A stretch of 64,000 nucleotides of DNA from Eledone cirrhosa (lineage: Eukaryota): assembly GCA_964016885.1 (NCBI GenBank), contig CAXHJY010001371.1:13823-77822 (forward strand), in the 5' to 3' direction. This document shows, piece after piece, positions 1-14,168 of the stretch. Every line of letters begins with the position of its first letter. Within the stretch, counting starts at the first letter, position 1. The position numbers and the translations under genes were made by a program. Under the pieces are notes generated by a model. It worked only from the letters and a program-made list of their open reading frames with translations, ran no database searches and was not told the origin of the DNA.

Positions 1-123
1 ATATATATACATATATATATATATACATATATATATAAATACATATATATATACATATATATAAAATATTAAACAAATAATGAATAAAACAATGAAACAG
101 TTCCTTATATTAAACAAAAAAAG

Positions 124-278
124 TTCATTATTTAACGATCGTTTCTAGGATATATATGTGTTAGAATTGCCATGCATATTCAACAGATCTATGTACAAAA
201 TTATACAAAATTATACAAACTATCAAGATTAAATATACATACCAAACACACATATACGCCGTCTTCAGAAATAATGAA
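124..278 (-). ncRNA. Type I hammerhead ribozyme with long stem II (family A, inverted arm)
   Basis: Reverse complement of 6411-6565. Confidence 0.75.
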
Positions 279-660
279 ATATATTTATTGATAATAACAA
301 CAATTCAAAATTTCAGGTCCGTTTGGGAACAGAGTTCAAAATTGACCAATGAAAATACAAAAGGTTTTATGCAGTTTGGTGTGTGTATATACATGTAACC
401 AGCCCCGTACACATATTTATACAAAGATATATGCTCAACATGCATACGCATGCCAAAAAGATGCATGCAAATACAAAATTTCAAGGCTAATGTCTCTGTA
501 AGTTTATAATGCACAGATAAAATGCGTATAGACACATAAATATGAAATAAGTGTATACACATATTCTCATACTCACACATATCCGTACACTCACACACAC
601 GCGCGCGTATATGCATAAACATACACATAATTACGAACATACATACACACACACACCCCC

Positions 661-2883
661 GAGAAAGACCTTTTTAATTTAATTAAACACCTCAAATTTA
701 AAAAGTATAAATCCGTCTTTCAAAAGGACCTTGATTCTACCCTATTGGACCTAAAAAAGTCTAAAAAAATCCATGTCCACTCGGACAAAACTGGTAACTT
801 GTATCATATGGATATTGAACATTATAATGAGTTCATATATAAAGAACTCAGAAAAAATTATAAAAAATCTAATAATGCGTCACTCAGCAACATCAACAAC
901 AAAACACACAACATAGTAAAAAAACTAAACATTGAAGATAGAACTGAACCTTTGGCATTGAAAAGACCACACTTCAACCTGAAGGATCATAAATCAAACT
1001 TTAACTCAAATCCTTCTATAAGACTTATATGTCCCTCCAAATCAGATATTGGAATAATTAGCAAAAAAATTTTGGATAGGGTCATCCCACAAATAAGAAA
1101 ACACGTTATTTTACCACTCTGGGAAAACACCTCCCAGGTAATTAACTGGTTTAAAAATATTAGATGTAAATCTTCTGCTTCATTTCTACAATTTGATATA
1201 GATAATTACTATTCTTCTATATCACCTATACTCCTGAACAAAGCATTGATATTTGCTAAAAATAGATCTAACTTAACTTTGGATGACATTAATATTATTA
1301 CACATGCTAGACTAACACTTATTGAATTTCAGAATGAATACTGGACCAGAAACACATATAGTAATCTATTTGATATTACTATGGGTTCAAGCGATTCCGC
1401 CCAAATTACTGATCTTGTGGGCCTCTTTCTCCTTTTCAACATAAATGCCTCCTTTCCCCACCTCAAAGGTGGTTTATATCGTGATGACTGTCTTCTTCTT
1501 TCTAACAACCTTAGCCTTTCAGAAATTGAAAAAAACAAAAAACATATTAGAACTTTCCTTAAAGACTATTATAATCTTCATATTACTTTTGAAAAAACAA
1601 GTAAAGTAGTAAATTTCCTAGATATAACTTTAGATTTAGCTACGGGTATCTACCAACCTTACCATAAACCAAACCAAAACTTACATTACATACACTCACA
1701 ATCTAATCACCCTAAATCTATCCTTAAAAACCTTGCATATAATATATCACTTAGAATTTCTAACCTTTCTTCTAACCAAGATGTATTTGATAAAAATGCG
1801 ACCTTCTATAACGAAGCTCTAGATAGAAGTGGCCACAAAAATAGATTAGAATATATACCTTCTACTAAAAATACTAAAAGCATACAACCTAATATTACCA
1901 ACAAACACCAAATGAAAAGTACACACCTAAATGCCACCCACACTATACCCCAAAATACCAAATCTTCTAATATAAAATATAGTAACTCTCAAAAAACTAC
2001 TCATCATACAACTCTAATAAATATTAATAATAAAACTCCTAATAAAAAAGATAAAACACCTAAATCTACAAATATAACTAAAAATGGTTGTGGTGAGATC
2101 ATTAACATTAATCCTCCTAGTAAACACCACGATACAACCTATAAAAATAATAAAAATAATAAACAACATAGAAACCGTAATAGACGGGTTACTTGGTATA
2201 ATGCTCCATTTAATTTACAAATTAAGGATAATATTGCTAAAAAATTTTTTTATATCCTAGAGAAAAACTTCCCGCCAAACCACAAATACCATCAAATCTT
2301 AAATAGGTCTACAGTTAAATTCTCATACTCAACAACAAATAACATAAAACAAAATATAAGTGCCTATAATGCATATAAATGTAAGAAAACCATAAGTATA
2401 CCACCAGTACATCAAATTAACCATAATATCTCCTCAAATACAGAATTAACGAAAGGTTGTAACTGTAGAAACAAAGCAAACTGCCCATTAAAAGGGAATT
2501 GTCTTGTTAACAACATAGTCTATAAATGTAATGTTAAAACTAAAGATTCTATTTGCTCATATATAGGAGCTACTTCTAACAATTTTAAGACAAGGTTTAA
2601 TACCCACAAGCATAGTTTTAAAAATGCCGCACTGGCTAATACAACATCTCTAGCAGAAAAAATCAATAGTTATAAAAATAAGAATATAGAATATGATTTG
2701 ACCTGGAGTGTGCTCAAAAGAGCCACCCCTTATCAAAATAATAGAAATGAATGTAGATTATGTTCCCAAGAACTATTTGAAATAATGAAATCTAAGGATA
2801 TCCTATTAAATAAACGACAGGAATTAATTATATCGTGTAATCATAAACTAAAAAAAACATTTAAATATTATAAACCTAATTAA
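661..2883 (+). CDS. PLE polyprotein (reverse transcriptase + GIY-YIG endonuclease), N-terminally truncated
   Basis: Motifs SDKTGNLY, LKDHK, QFDIDNYY, FDITMGS, GGLYRDD, VNFLDITLDL, WYNAPF, CNC-x5-CP-x4-C, IVY...YIG, CRLC, LLNKR. The frame is open from the inversion junction at 661 (EKDLFNLIK...), upstream of the track's TTG at 745. Confidence 0.92.
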   Translation, partial: EKDLFNLIKHLKFKKYKSVFQKDLDSTLLDLKKSKKIHVHSDKTGNLYHMDIEHYNEFIYKELRKNYKKSNNASLSNINNKTHNIVKKLNIEDRTEPLALKRPHFNLKDHKSNFNSNPSIRLICPSKSDIGIISKKILDRVIPQIRKHVILPLWENTSQVINWFKNIRCKSSASFLQFDIDNYYSSISPILLNKALIFAKNRSNLTLDDINIITHARLTLIEFQNEYWTRNTYSNLFDITMGSSDSAQITDLVGLFLLFNINASFPHLKGGLYRDDCLLLSNNLSLSEIEKNKKHIRTFLKDYYNLHITFEKTSKVVNFLDITLDLATGIYQPYHKPNQNLHYIHSQSNHPKSILKNLAYNISLRISNLSSNQDVFDKNATFYNEALDRSGHKNRLEYIPSTKNTKSIQPNITNKHQMKSTHLNATHTIPQNTKSSNIKYSNSQKTTHHTTLININNKTPNKKDKTPKSTNITKNGCGEIININPPSKHHDTTYKNNKNNKQHRNRNRRVTWYNAPFNLQIKDNIAKKFFYILEKNFPPNHKYHQILNRSTVKFSYSTTNNIKQNISAYNAYKCKKTISIPPVHQINHNISSNTELTKGCNCRNKANCPLKGNCLVNNIVYKCNVKTKDSICSYIGATSNNFKTRFNTHKHSFKNAALANTTSLAEKINSYKNKNIEYDLTWSVLKRATPYQNNRNECRLCSQELFEIMKSKDILLNKRQELIISCNHKLKKTFKYYKPN

Positions 2884-3384
2884 TAACATTATTTTAGAAA
2901 TTAATATATAATTTAATTTAAATGTTAGTTAACCTATAAATTTAATTTAATTAAAATTCTACTACAGATGAGAATATAAAATATTGTGTAATCATAGATT
3001 GTGAAAAACCTTTAAATATTACTAATATATACTTAGTAATTTAATTTATAGATTAATTTTAATTTATTTAAACCTTTTATTAAAATTCCTTTACAGATAA
3101 AATATAACAAAATATCGTGTATCCAATGACAGAGAAATAATTTTTAGTATTATAGACCTAATTAATATACATTTTAGAAATATATTTATAATTTGGTTTT
3201 AAATTTAGTCAACCTAAAAATTTAATTTAATTGGCTTAAAATTAGTATCCTAATACAGACGGATTGCAGAGTGTCATGTAATCATAGAATGGGATGTGTT
3301 TTGGATGTATACCTAGTTAATATATTCTTTGCAATTTTTGAAAAAATATGTATATGTATGTGTATGTATGTGTGTATATGTGTA

Positions 3385-3418
<34 letters not shown>

Positions 3419-3810
3419 TATGTATATGTATATGTATATGTATTAATTTTGATTTCTATTTGCATATAATTATATTCTGCTATTGATAAAATACAATATC
3501 TGTTTTATTTATTATATACCTAATTAACATATACTATAGAAATTAATATATAATTTTTAATTTAGTTAACCTATAATTTATATTCTACTACCGATGTAAT
3601 ACTTTATTTGTTTTTTCCCTATTACTAAATTCATTTCCTAATATTGATACCATAACGTTAATAACTTTAATTTAGTTATACTATAATTAATACTCTACTA
3701 CTATTTAACTTCAAAATTCTGCTTCAAATATTATAAACCTAACTAATTTACACCTTAGAAATCAATATGTTAACTATCTTTAGTTTAGTTAACATATAAT
3801 TAATGGTATA
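2884..3810 (+). repeat. Degenerate AT-rich direct repeats in the family A 3' region
   Basis: The motif 'tagaaattaatatataattt...ttagttaacctataa...ttctactac' recurs near 2895, 3175, 3537 and 3757. Confidence 0.55.
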
Positions 3811-4402
3811 CTTATTTTGAAATGCATAATTTTGCCTTATTTCTTGCATTTCCTAACACTGAAACTATGTAAAAACATATATTGGGATCCAGATACAGAT
3901 TAATATTCTATGTTTCTTGAAACATATATTTACTATAATCCCCTTCTCCACCCCCCCTTTCCCCCATACTATTATCATCTGTGTTTGTAAGCGTGTATGT
4001 ATGAATATATATGTAGGTAGGTGTATATATGTTTGGGTGTTTATATCTGAGTATAAATATGCGCATGCAAATAAGAATGTATGATTGTGTGTGTATATAT
4101 ATGTGTGTATATATATATGTGTATATATGCATGTGTATATATATGTGTATATGTATATATATATATATGTGTATATGTGTATATGTGTGTGGGCGTGTAT
4201 GTGTGTGTGTATATGTATATATATATATGTGTGTATGTATGTGTATGTATATATGTGTATATATATGTATGTCTCTCTATATATATGTCTTTCTTCGTAT
4301 CTATGTGGGTATATGTGTGTATGTACATGTATGCACATGTATATGTTTATGTGTATATGTGTGTATGTGTATATATGTACGTGTGCGCACATATATATGT
4401 GA

Positions 4403-4436
<34 letters not shown>

Positions 4437-5056
4437 GTATATCTATGTGTGTATATATGGGTATATTCGTATGTGTATATATATATATATATATATTATT
4501 TATTATTATAATATAACTTATGTGTATGTGTATATATGTGAGGGTGTGTATATGTATATATATGTATATATATGTGTAAAAATATATATGTGTATGTGTG
4601 TTTTTTGTGTGTGTGTATATATATGTATGTATATATGTGTGTATGTATGTGTTTGTATGTGTGTTTATGGTTGTATGTGTGTGTGGGTATATTATATAAA
4701 TGTATGTGTATATATATATATATATGTGTATATGTATCTCTATTAATGTGTGTATATATGTATATGTATATACCTTTTTCTTTGTATGTCTGAGTTGTGT
4801 GAGAGTGTAGTGGTGTTTGTATGTATATACGCATATATGGATGCGTATGTATTTGTATATATGAGTATATGTAAGTACGTATGTATGTATGAATATATGT
4901 CTATGTCTATGTATGAGTATATATGTGTGTGTATGTATGTTGTGTGTGTATGTATGTATGTGTGTATGTGTGTATATATATATATATATGTGTGTATATG
5001 TATGTATGTATGTGTATGTATGTACATATATGTGTATGTATATGTGTATGTATATA

Positions 5057-5089
<33 letters not shown>

Positions 5090-5287
5090 CTTCATTTTTT
5101 ATATATATGTGTGTGTGTGTATGTGTGTGTGTGTATATATATCTTTATATATGTGTATGTGTATGTTCGTGTAGGTGTATGTGTGTGTATGACTATATAT
5201 GTATGTGTGTATGTGTGTATGTATGTATGTGTATGTGTGTGTACATGTATGTATGTGTATGTATATATATATGTGTATATGTGTATG

Positions 5288-5322
<35 letters not shown>

Positions 5323-5604
5323 GTATATGTATCTCTATTTGTATGTGTATATGTGTATATGTATATACCTTTTTCTTTGTATGTCTGAGTTGTGTGAGAG
5401 TGTAGTGGTGTTTGTATGTATATACCGATATATGGATGCGTAAGTATTTGTGTGTATGTATGTATGTATGTCTGTATGTATTTGTGTGTATATATAGGTA
5501 TGTATGTGTATGTCTGTATGTATATAAGTATGTATGTGTATGTATATGTGCGTGTATGTGTATATATATGTGTGTCTATATATGTATGTGTGATTATATG
5601 TGTA

Positions 5605-5647
<43 letters not shown>

Positions 5648-5712
5648 ATATGTGTGTATGTATGTATATGTATATGTTTATATATATGTGTGTGTGTGTG
5701 TTCTATGTGTAG

Positions 5713-5793
<81 letters not shown>

Positions 5794-6410
5794 CTTGATA
5801 TATTTCTTTTTTCTTTTTTCTTTTTCCTTTCTTTCCTTTTTATTTTTTATTTCTTAGTTTATAGATACATCTATAAATAAGCAGTCTGCCCAAACCGTTG
5901 AATACTGACCTCTCCCCCCCTCCCACCTAATTTCTGTATCTTGATCTAAATGTGTGTGGCAGTGTTTATGTGAGTGAATTAATATCCATGTGCTTATGAT
6001 AATATTATATCCACATATATATGTGTGTGGGGGTGTGTGTGTGTATGTATGTTCGTAATTATGTGTATGTTTATGCATATACGCGCGCGTGTGTGTGAGT
6101 GTACGGATATGTGTGAGTATGAGAATATGTGTATACACTTATTTCATATTTATGTGTCTATACGCATTTTATCTGTGCATTATAAACTTACAGAGACATT
6201 AGCCTTGAAATTTTGTATTTGCATGCATCTTTTTGGCATGCGTATGCATGTTGAGCATATATCTTTGTATAAATATGTGTACGGGGCTGGTTACATGTAT
6301 ATACACACACCAAACTGCATAAAACCTTTTGTATTTTCATTGGTCAATTTTGAACTCTGTTCCCAAACGGACCTGAAATTTTGAATTGTTGTTATTATCA
6401 ATAAATATAT

Positions 6411-6565
6411 TTCATTATTTCTGAAGACGGCGTATATGTGTGTTTGGTATGTATATTTAATCTTGATAGTTTGTATAATTTTGTATAATTTTGTACATAG
6501 ATCTGTTGAATATGCATGCCAATTCTAACACATATATATCCTAGAAACGATCGTTAAATAATGAA
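6411..6565 (+). ncRNA. Type I hammerhead ribozyme with ~115-nt stem II (family A)
   Basis: Stem I TTCATTATTT/AAATAATGAA (10 bp), core CTGAAGA, long hairpin, GAAA, palindromic stem III AACGATCGTT, predicted cleavage after GUU at 6555. Confidence 0.8.
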
Positions 6566-6944
6566 CTTTTTTTTGTTTAATATAAGGAACTGTTTCATTG
6601 TTTATTCATTATTTGTTTAATATTTTATCTTGACTCTGTATACCGTTTATCTTTCACCGAAAGTGATTTTTCATTACATCTCTTCTTTCCATGATATCCG
6701 GAATACATTGAGTTCTTCATACGGATTGGACACTACCGTAAACTCTTGGTAGATTTATCTACATATATATATATATATATACATATATACATATATATAT
6801 ATACATATATATATATACATATATACATATACATATATATATACATATATACATATACATATATATATATATACATATATACATATACATATATATACAT
6901 ATATACATATATATATACATATATATATATATATACATATATAC

Positions 6945-7041
<97 letters not shown>

Positions 7042-7322
7042 CATATATATATATATACATATATATATACATATATATATATATACATATATATATATAC
7101 ATATATATATATACATATATATATATACATATATATATACATATATATACACATATATATACACATATATATACATATATATACATATATATACATATAT
7201 ATATACATATACATGTATATACATATATATATATATATTCATATATATATATATATATACATATATACATATATATATACATATATATATATATACACAT
7301 ATACATATATATACACATATAC

Positions 7323-7353
<31 letters not shown>

Positions 7354-7512
7354 TATATATATATATACACATATATACATATATACATATATATATATAT
7401 ATACACATATACATATATATATACATATACATATATACATATATACACACATATATATATATAAACACATATACATATATATATATACACATATACATAT
7501 ATACATATATAC

Positions 7513-7589
<77 letters not shown>

Positions 7590-7690
7590 CATATATATAC
7601 ATATAGACATATATATATATATATACACATATACATATATACATATATACATATATATATATATATATTATATATATATATATATATATA

Positions 7691-8290
7691 TGGTGGCTGC
7701 CAACTCGTTTTCGAGTACGGCCACTACTTTATATCCATGTAGGAGAACCCCTACCGATGCGCTGAACGAATGTGACTTTTTAGTCCAGCCAGCGACTTGA
7801 AAACTCTGGTACAAAGACTACACTTGTTACAATTATTGACACATAGTGCAGGGGCCCATGGTACCATGTGATGACAAGTGCAGAGAGATCTCCAGATATA
7901 AAGCAATGCCTGTGCTGTGAAGCTTTTATAGTGAGCAAAGGCACTGCACAAAGCCAGTCCCACTCTCTTAACCAAGATGATATTTACCAAAAAGAAGAGC
8001 AAGTCAACATCATTGGATACCATCAGGGTTGCAGGTGTTATATCAGAGTTTTCCTTCTCTAGAATTCTGCCTTGACAAAGGCTAAGGGGTCATCTCTCCC
8101 AGTGATTTGGATGGCTATTGACTCTTAAGAGCTCCCTTGCCCTTTGACAGGTTTTGTTTTTAGTCCTGCCGGATGTCCAAAGTCACCCTCCTCACCAAGA
8201 AACCTTGGTGGGGTTGCCAGTTTAGTCGCCAACGACCCGACCATGAGACAGGTTGTACTGGGATACATGTTACCAGTAGCACCAACTGGT
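7691..8290 (-). mobile_element. Internally deleted RTE-clade LINE derivative (5'UTR-like part fused to the 3' end)
   Basis: The minus strand ends with [23 protein letters not shown], a C2H2 finger like RTE ORF C-termini, followed by a short 3'UTR. The upstream part is non-coding and resembles an RTE 5'UTR (ggaaaactctgat). Confidence 0.6.
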
Positions 8291-8295
8291 ATACA

Positions 8296-8365
<70 letters not shown>

Positions 8366-8442
8366 CATCTATATATACATATATATATATACATATATAT
8401 ATATACATCTATATATACATATATATATACATCTATATATAC

Positions 8443-8505
<63 letters not shown>

Positions 8506-8543
8506 CTATATATATACATATATATATACATATATATATATAC

Positions 8544-8617
<74 letters not shown>

Positions 8618-8685
8618 CATTGTATATCTACACATATATATATACATATATATATATGTACATATATATATATATACATATATAC

Positions 8686-8718
<33 letters not shown>

Positions 8719-8844
8719 CATATATACATATATATATATACATATATACAAATATATATACATATATATATATATATATACATATACACATATATATATA
8801 TACATATATATATATACATATATACATATATATATATACACATA

Positions 8845-8880
<36 letters not shown>

Positions 8881-8897
8881 CATATATATATAAATAC

Positions 8898-8928
<31 letters not shown>

Positions 8929-9133
8929 CATATATACATATATATATACATATATATATATACATATATACATATACATATATATATATACATATATACA
9001 TATACATATATATATATACATATATACATATACAATATATATACATATATACATATATATATACATATATATATATACATATATACATATATATATACAT
9101 ATATATATATATATACATATATACATATATATA

Positions 9134-9171
<38 letters not shown>

Positions 9172-9560
9172 TATACATATATATATACATATATATACAC
9201 ATATATATACATATATATACATATATATACATATATATACATATACATATATATACATATACATGTATATACATATATATATATATATTCATATATATAT
9301 ATATACATATATACATATATATATACATATATATAGATATACATATACATATATATACACATATACATATATATATATACACATATACATATATATATAT
9401 ATACACATATATACATATATACATATATATATATACACATATACATATATATATACATATACATATATACATATATACATATATATATATATATACACAT
9501 ATACATATATATATATATACACATATACATATATACATATATACATATATATATATATAC

Positions 9561-9591
<31 letters not shown>

Positions 9592-9666
9592 CATACATAT
9601 ATACATATATATATATATACATATATATACATATATACATATATATATATATACACATATACATAT

Positions 9667-9737
<71 letters not shown>

Positions 9738-9888
9738 CATATATATATACATACATATATATACATATATATATACATACATATATATACATATATATAT
9801 ACATATATACATATACATATATATATATATACATATATACATATACATATATATACATATATACATATATATATACATATATATATAT

Positions 9889-9931
<43 letters not shown>

Positions 9932-9934
9932 TAC

Positions 9935-9969
<35 letters not shown>

Positions 9970-9982
9970 CATATAAATATAC

Positions 9983-10014
<32 letters not shown>

Positions 10015-10228
10015 ATATATACATATATATACATATATACATATATATATATACATATATACATATATATATATATACATATATACATATACATGTATAT
10101 ATATACATATATATATACATATATATATATACATATATATATATACATATATATATATACATATATATATCTACACATATATATATATACATATATATAT
10201 ATATACATATATATATATACATATATAC

Positions 10229-10259
<31 letters not shown>

Positions 10260-10309
10260 CATATATACATATATATATACATATATATATATAATATATA
10301 CATATATAC

Positions 10310-10340
<31 letters not shown>

Positions 10341-10362
10341 CATATATACATATATATATATA

Positions 10363-10421
<59 letters not shown>

Positions 10422-10438
10422 CATATATATATAAATAC

Positions 10439-10469
<31 letters not shown>

Positions 10470-10594
10470 CATATATACATATATATATATACATATATAT
10501 ATATACATATATACATATACATATATATATATATACATATATACATATACATATATATATATACATATATATATACATATATATACATATATAC

Positions 10595-10625
<31 letters not shown>

Positions 10626-10634
10626 CATATATAC

Positions 10635-10693
<59 letters not shown>

Positions 10694-10694
10694 C

Positions 10695-10739
<45 letters not shown>

Positions 10740-10830
10740 CATATATATATATACATATATATATACATATATATATATATACATATAAATATACATATAT
10801 ATATATTCATATACATATATATATATATAC

Positions 10831-10875
<45 letters not shown>

Positions 10876-10896
10876 CATATTATACATATATATACA

Positions 10897-10928
<32 letters not shown>

Positions 10929-11065
10929 CATATATATATATACATGTATATATACATATATATATATATACATATAAATATACATATATATATATATTCA
11001 TATATATATATGTATATTTATATGTAATATATATATATGTATATATACATGTATATATATATATG

Positions 11066-11097
<32 letters not shown>

Positions 11098-11243
11098 TGT
11101 ATATATATGTATATATGTATATGTATATATATATAATATATATATATATGTAAATATATATGTATATATATATATATGTATATGAATATATATATATATG
11201 TATATTTATATGTATATATAAATATATATACATATATATACAT

Positions 11244-11642
11244 ATTGTTATATTTGGGGAGGGTCATATTTGCGTAATATTGCCAGGATTAATAACAGAA
11301 CACACTCACTGTTTGGTTGGTTTTCGCTTCTCGCTGTCTTTTATATATATATATCTGCGATCTAACTTACTCGGTCCTCAATGTTGCCATTGACTGACCG
11401 CGGTCAAAAATAATACAGATACAATATAGACACAAACACATATATATAGTTTACACAATTTACATAAATCTTTCGTTGCACATCTGAAACATCGTCAGTG
11501 GTGTTATATTCATTGTTCCTCCTGTTGTGTTGTATGTCTACGCCATTTTTTTTTGACAAAAAAAAAATGGCGTAGACATACAAATATAACAATATCTGTT
11601 TCGACACACGATTTCATATAAAAAACCTCGCAAAACTAATTC
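11244..11642. mobile_element. Family C non-coding fold-back fragment (PLE-type 3' end), copy 1
   Basis: Near-identical to 14169-14566 and homologous to 61878-62289 and 63135-63258. It has an HHR-like motif on the minus strand and a central hairpin at 11531-11583. Confidence 0.7.
11435..11505 (-). ncRNA. Hammerhead-like motif (family C); stem II carries one mismatch in this copy
   Basis: CTGACGA-t-gtttcagatgtgcaac-GAAA-G...CT-A. Stem I is imperfect (aacac/gtgtt across an internal loop). Confidence 0.4.
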
Positions 11643-11914
11643 ATATATATACACATATACATATATATATATACATATACATACATACATATATACATAT
11701 ATATATATACACATATACATATATATATATATATACACATATACATATATATATATATACACATATATACATATATACATATATATATATACACATATAC
11801 ATATATATATACATATACATATATACATATATACATATATATATATATACACATATACATATATATATATATACACATATACATATATACATATATACAT
11901 ATATATATATATAC

Positions 11915-11945
<31 letters not shown>

Positions 11946-12020
11946 CATACATATATACATATATATATATATACATATATATACATATATACATATATAT
12001 ATATATACACATATACATAT

Positions 12021-12099
<79 letters not shown>

Positions 12100-12476
12100 C
12101 ATATATATATACATACATATATATACATATATATATACATACATATATATACATATATATATACATATATACATATACATATATATATATATACATATAT
12201 ACATATACATATATATACATATATACATATATATATACATATATATAGATATACACATATACATATATATACACATATACATATATATATATATATACAC
12301 ATATACATATATATATATATACACATATATACATATATACATATATATATATACACATATACATATATATATACATATACATATATACATATATACATAT
12401 ATATATATATACACATATACATATATATATATATACACATATACATATATACATATATACATATATATATATATAC

Positions 12477-12507
<31 letters not shown>

Positions 12508-12582
12508 CATACATATATACATATATATATATATACATATATATACATATATACATATATATATATATACACATATACATAT

Positions 12583-12643
<61 letters not shown>

Positions 12644-12794
12644 CATATATATATACATACATATATATACATATATATATACATACATATATATACATAT
12701 ATATATACATATATACATATACATATATATATATATACATATATACATATACATATATATACATATATACATATATATATACATATATATATAT

Positions 12795-12841
<47 letters not shown>

Positions 12842-12844
12842 TAC

Positions 12845-12879
<35 letters not shown>

Positions 12880-12892
12880 CATATAAATATAC

Positions 12893-12924
<32 letters not shown>

Positions 12925-13138
12925 ATATATACATATATATACATATATACATATATATATATACATATATACATATATATATATATACATATATACATAT
13001 ACATGTATATATATACATATATATATACATATATATATATACATATATATATATACATATATATATATACATATATATATCTACACATATATATATATAC
13101 ATATATATATATATACATATATATATATACATATATAC

Positions 13139-13169
<31 letters not shown>

Positions 13170-13214
13170 CATATATACATATATATATACATATATATAT
13201 ATATACATATATAC

Positions 13215-13245
<31 letters not shown>

Positions 13246-13266
13246 CATATATACATATATATATAT

Positions 13267-13333
<67 letters not shown>

Positions 13334-13350
13334 CATATATATATAAATAC

Positions 13351-13383
<33 letters not shown>

Positions 13384-13510
13384 CATATATACATATATAT
13401 ATATACATATATATATATACATATATACATATACATATATATATATATACATATATACATATACATATATATATATACATATATACATATACATATATAT
13501 ACATATATAC

Positions 13511-13541
<31 letters not shown>

Positions 13542-13551
13542 CATATATACT

Positions 13552-13601
<50 letters not shown>

Positions 13602-13613
13602 CATATATATACA

Positions 13614-13645
<32 letters not shown>

Positions 13646-13738
13646 CATATATATATATACATATATATATACATATATATATATATACATATAAATATAC
13701 ATATATATATATATTCATATACATATATATATATATAC

Positions 13739-13809
<71 letters not shown>

Positions 13810-13821
13810 CATATATATACA

Positions 13822-13853
<32 letters not shown>

Positions 13854-13948
13854 CATATATATATATACATGTATATATACATATATATATATATACATAT
13901 AAATATACATATATATATATATTCATATACATATATATATATATATAC

Positions 13949-13993
<45 letters not shown>

Positions 13994-14168
13994 TATATAT
14001 ACATATATATATATACATATATATATATACATATATATACACATATATATATACACATATATATACATATATATACATATATATACATATACATATATAT
14101 ACATATACATATATATACATATATATATATACATATATATGTATATACACATATACATATATATACAT

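Larger units (their letters stand above)
61..6762 (+). mobile_element. Penelope-like retroelement, family A (Hydra-like); 5'-truncated, with an inverted copy of its 3' end at 61-660
   Basis: RT-GIY-YIG ORF 661-2883, ~3.9 kb 3' region and HHR at 6411-6565. 61-660 is the reverse complement of 6029-6628. Both sides are flanked by (TA)n. Confidence 0.9.

Noticed and set aside
305-652. Identical 115/119-aa ORFs at 305-652 and 6025-6384
   Set aside because: The identity comes from the inverted duplication of a UTR. The ORF is not preserved in the diverged copy at 43500-43880.
6690-6746. Possible HDV-like pseudoknot in tail A (gagtt/aactc, tccgg/ttgga)
   Set aside because: P1 is too short and no P1.1 or P4 fits.
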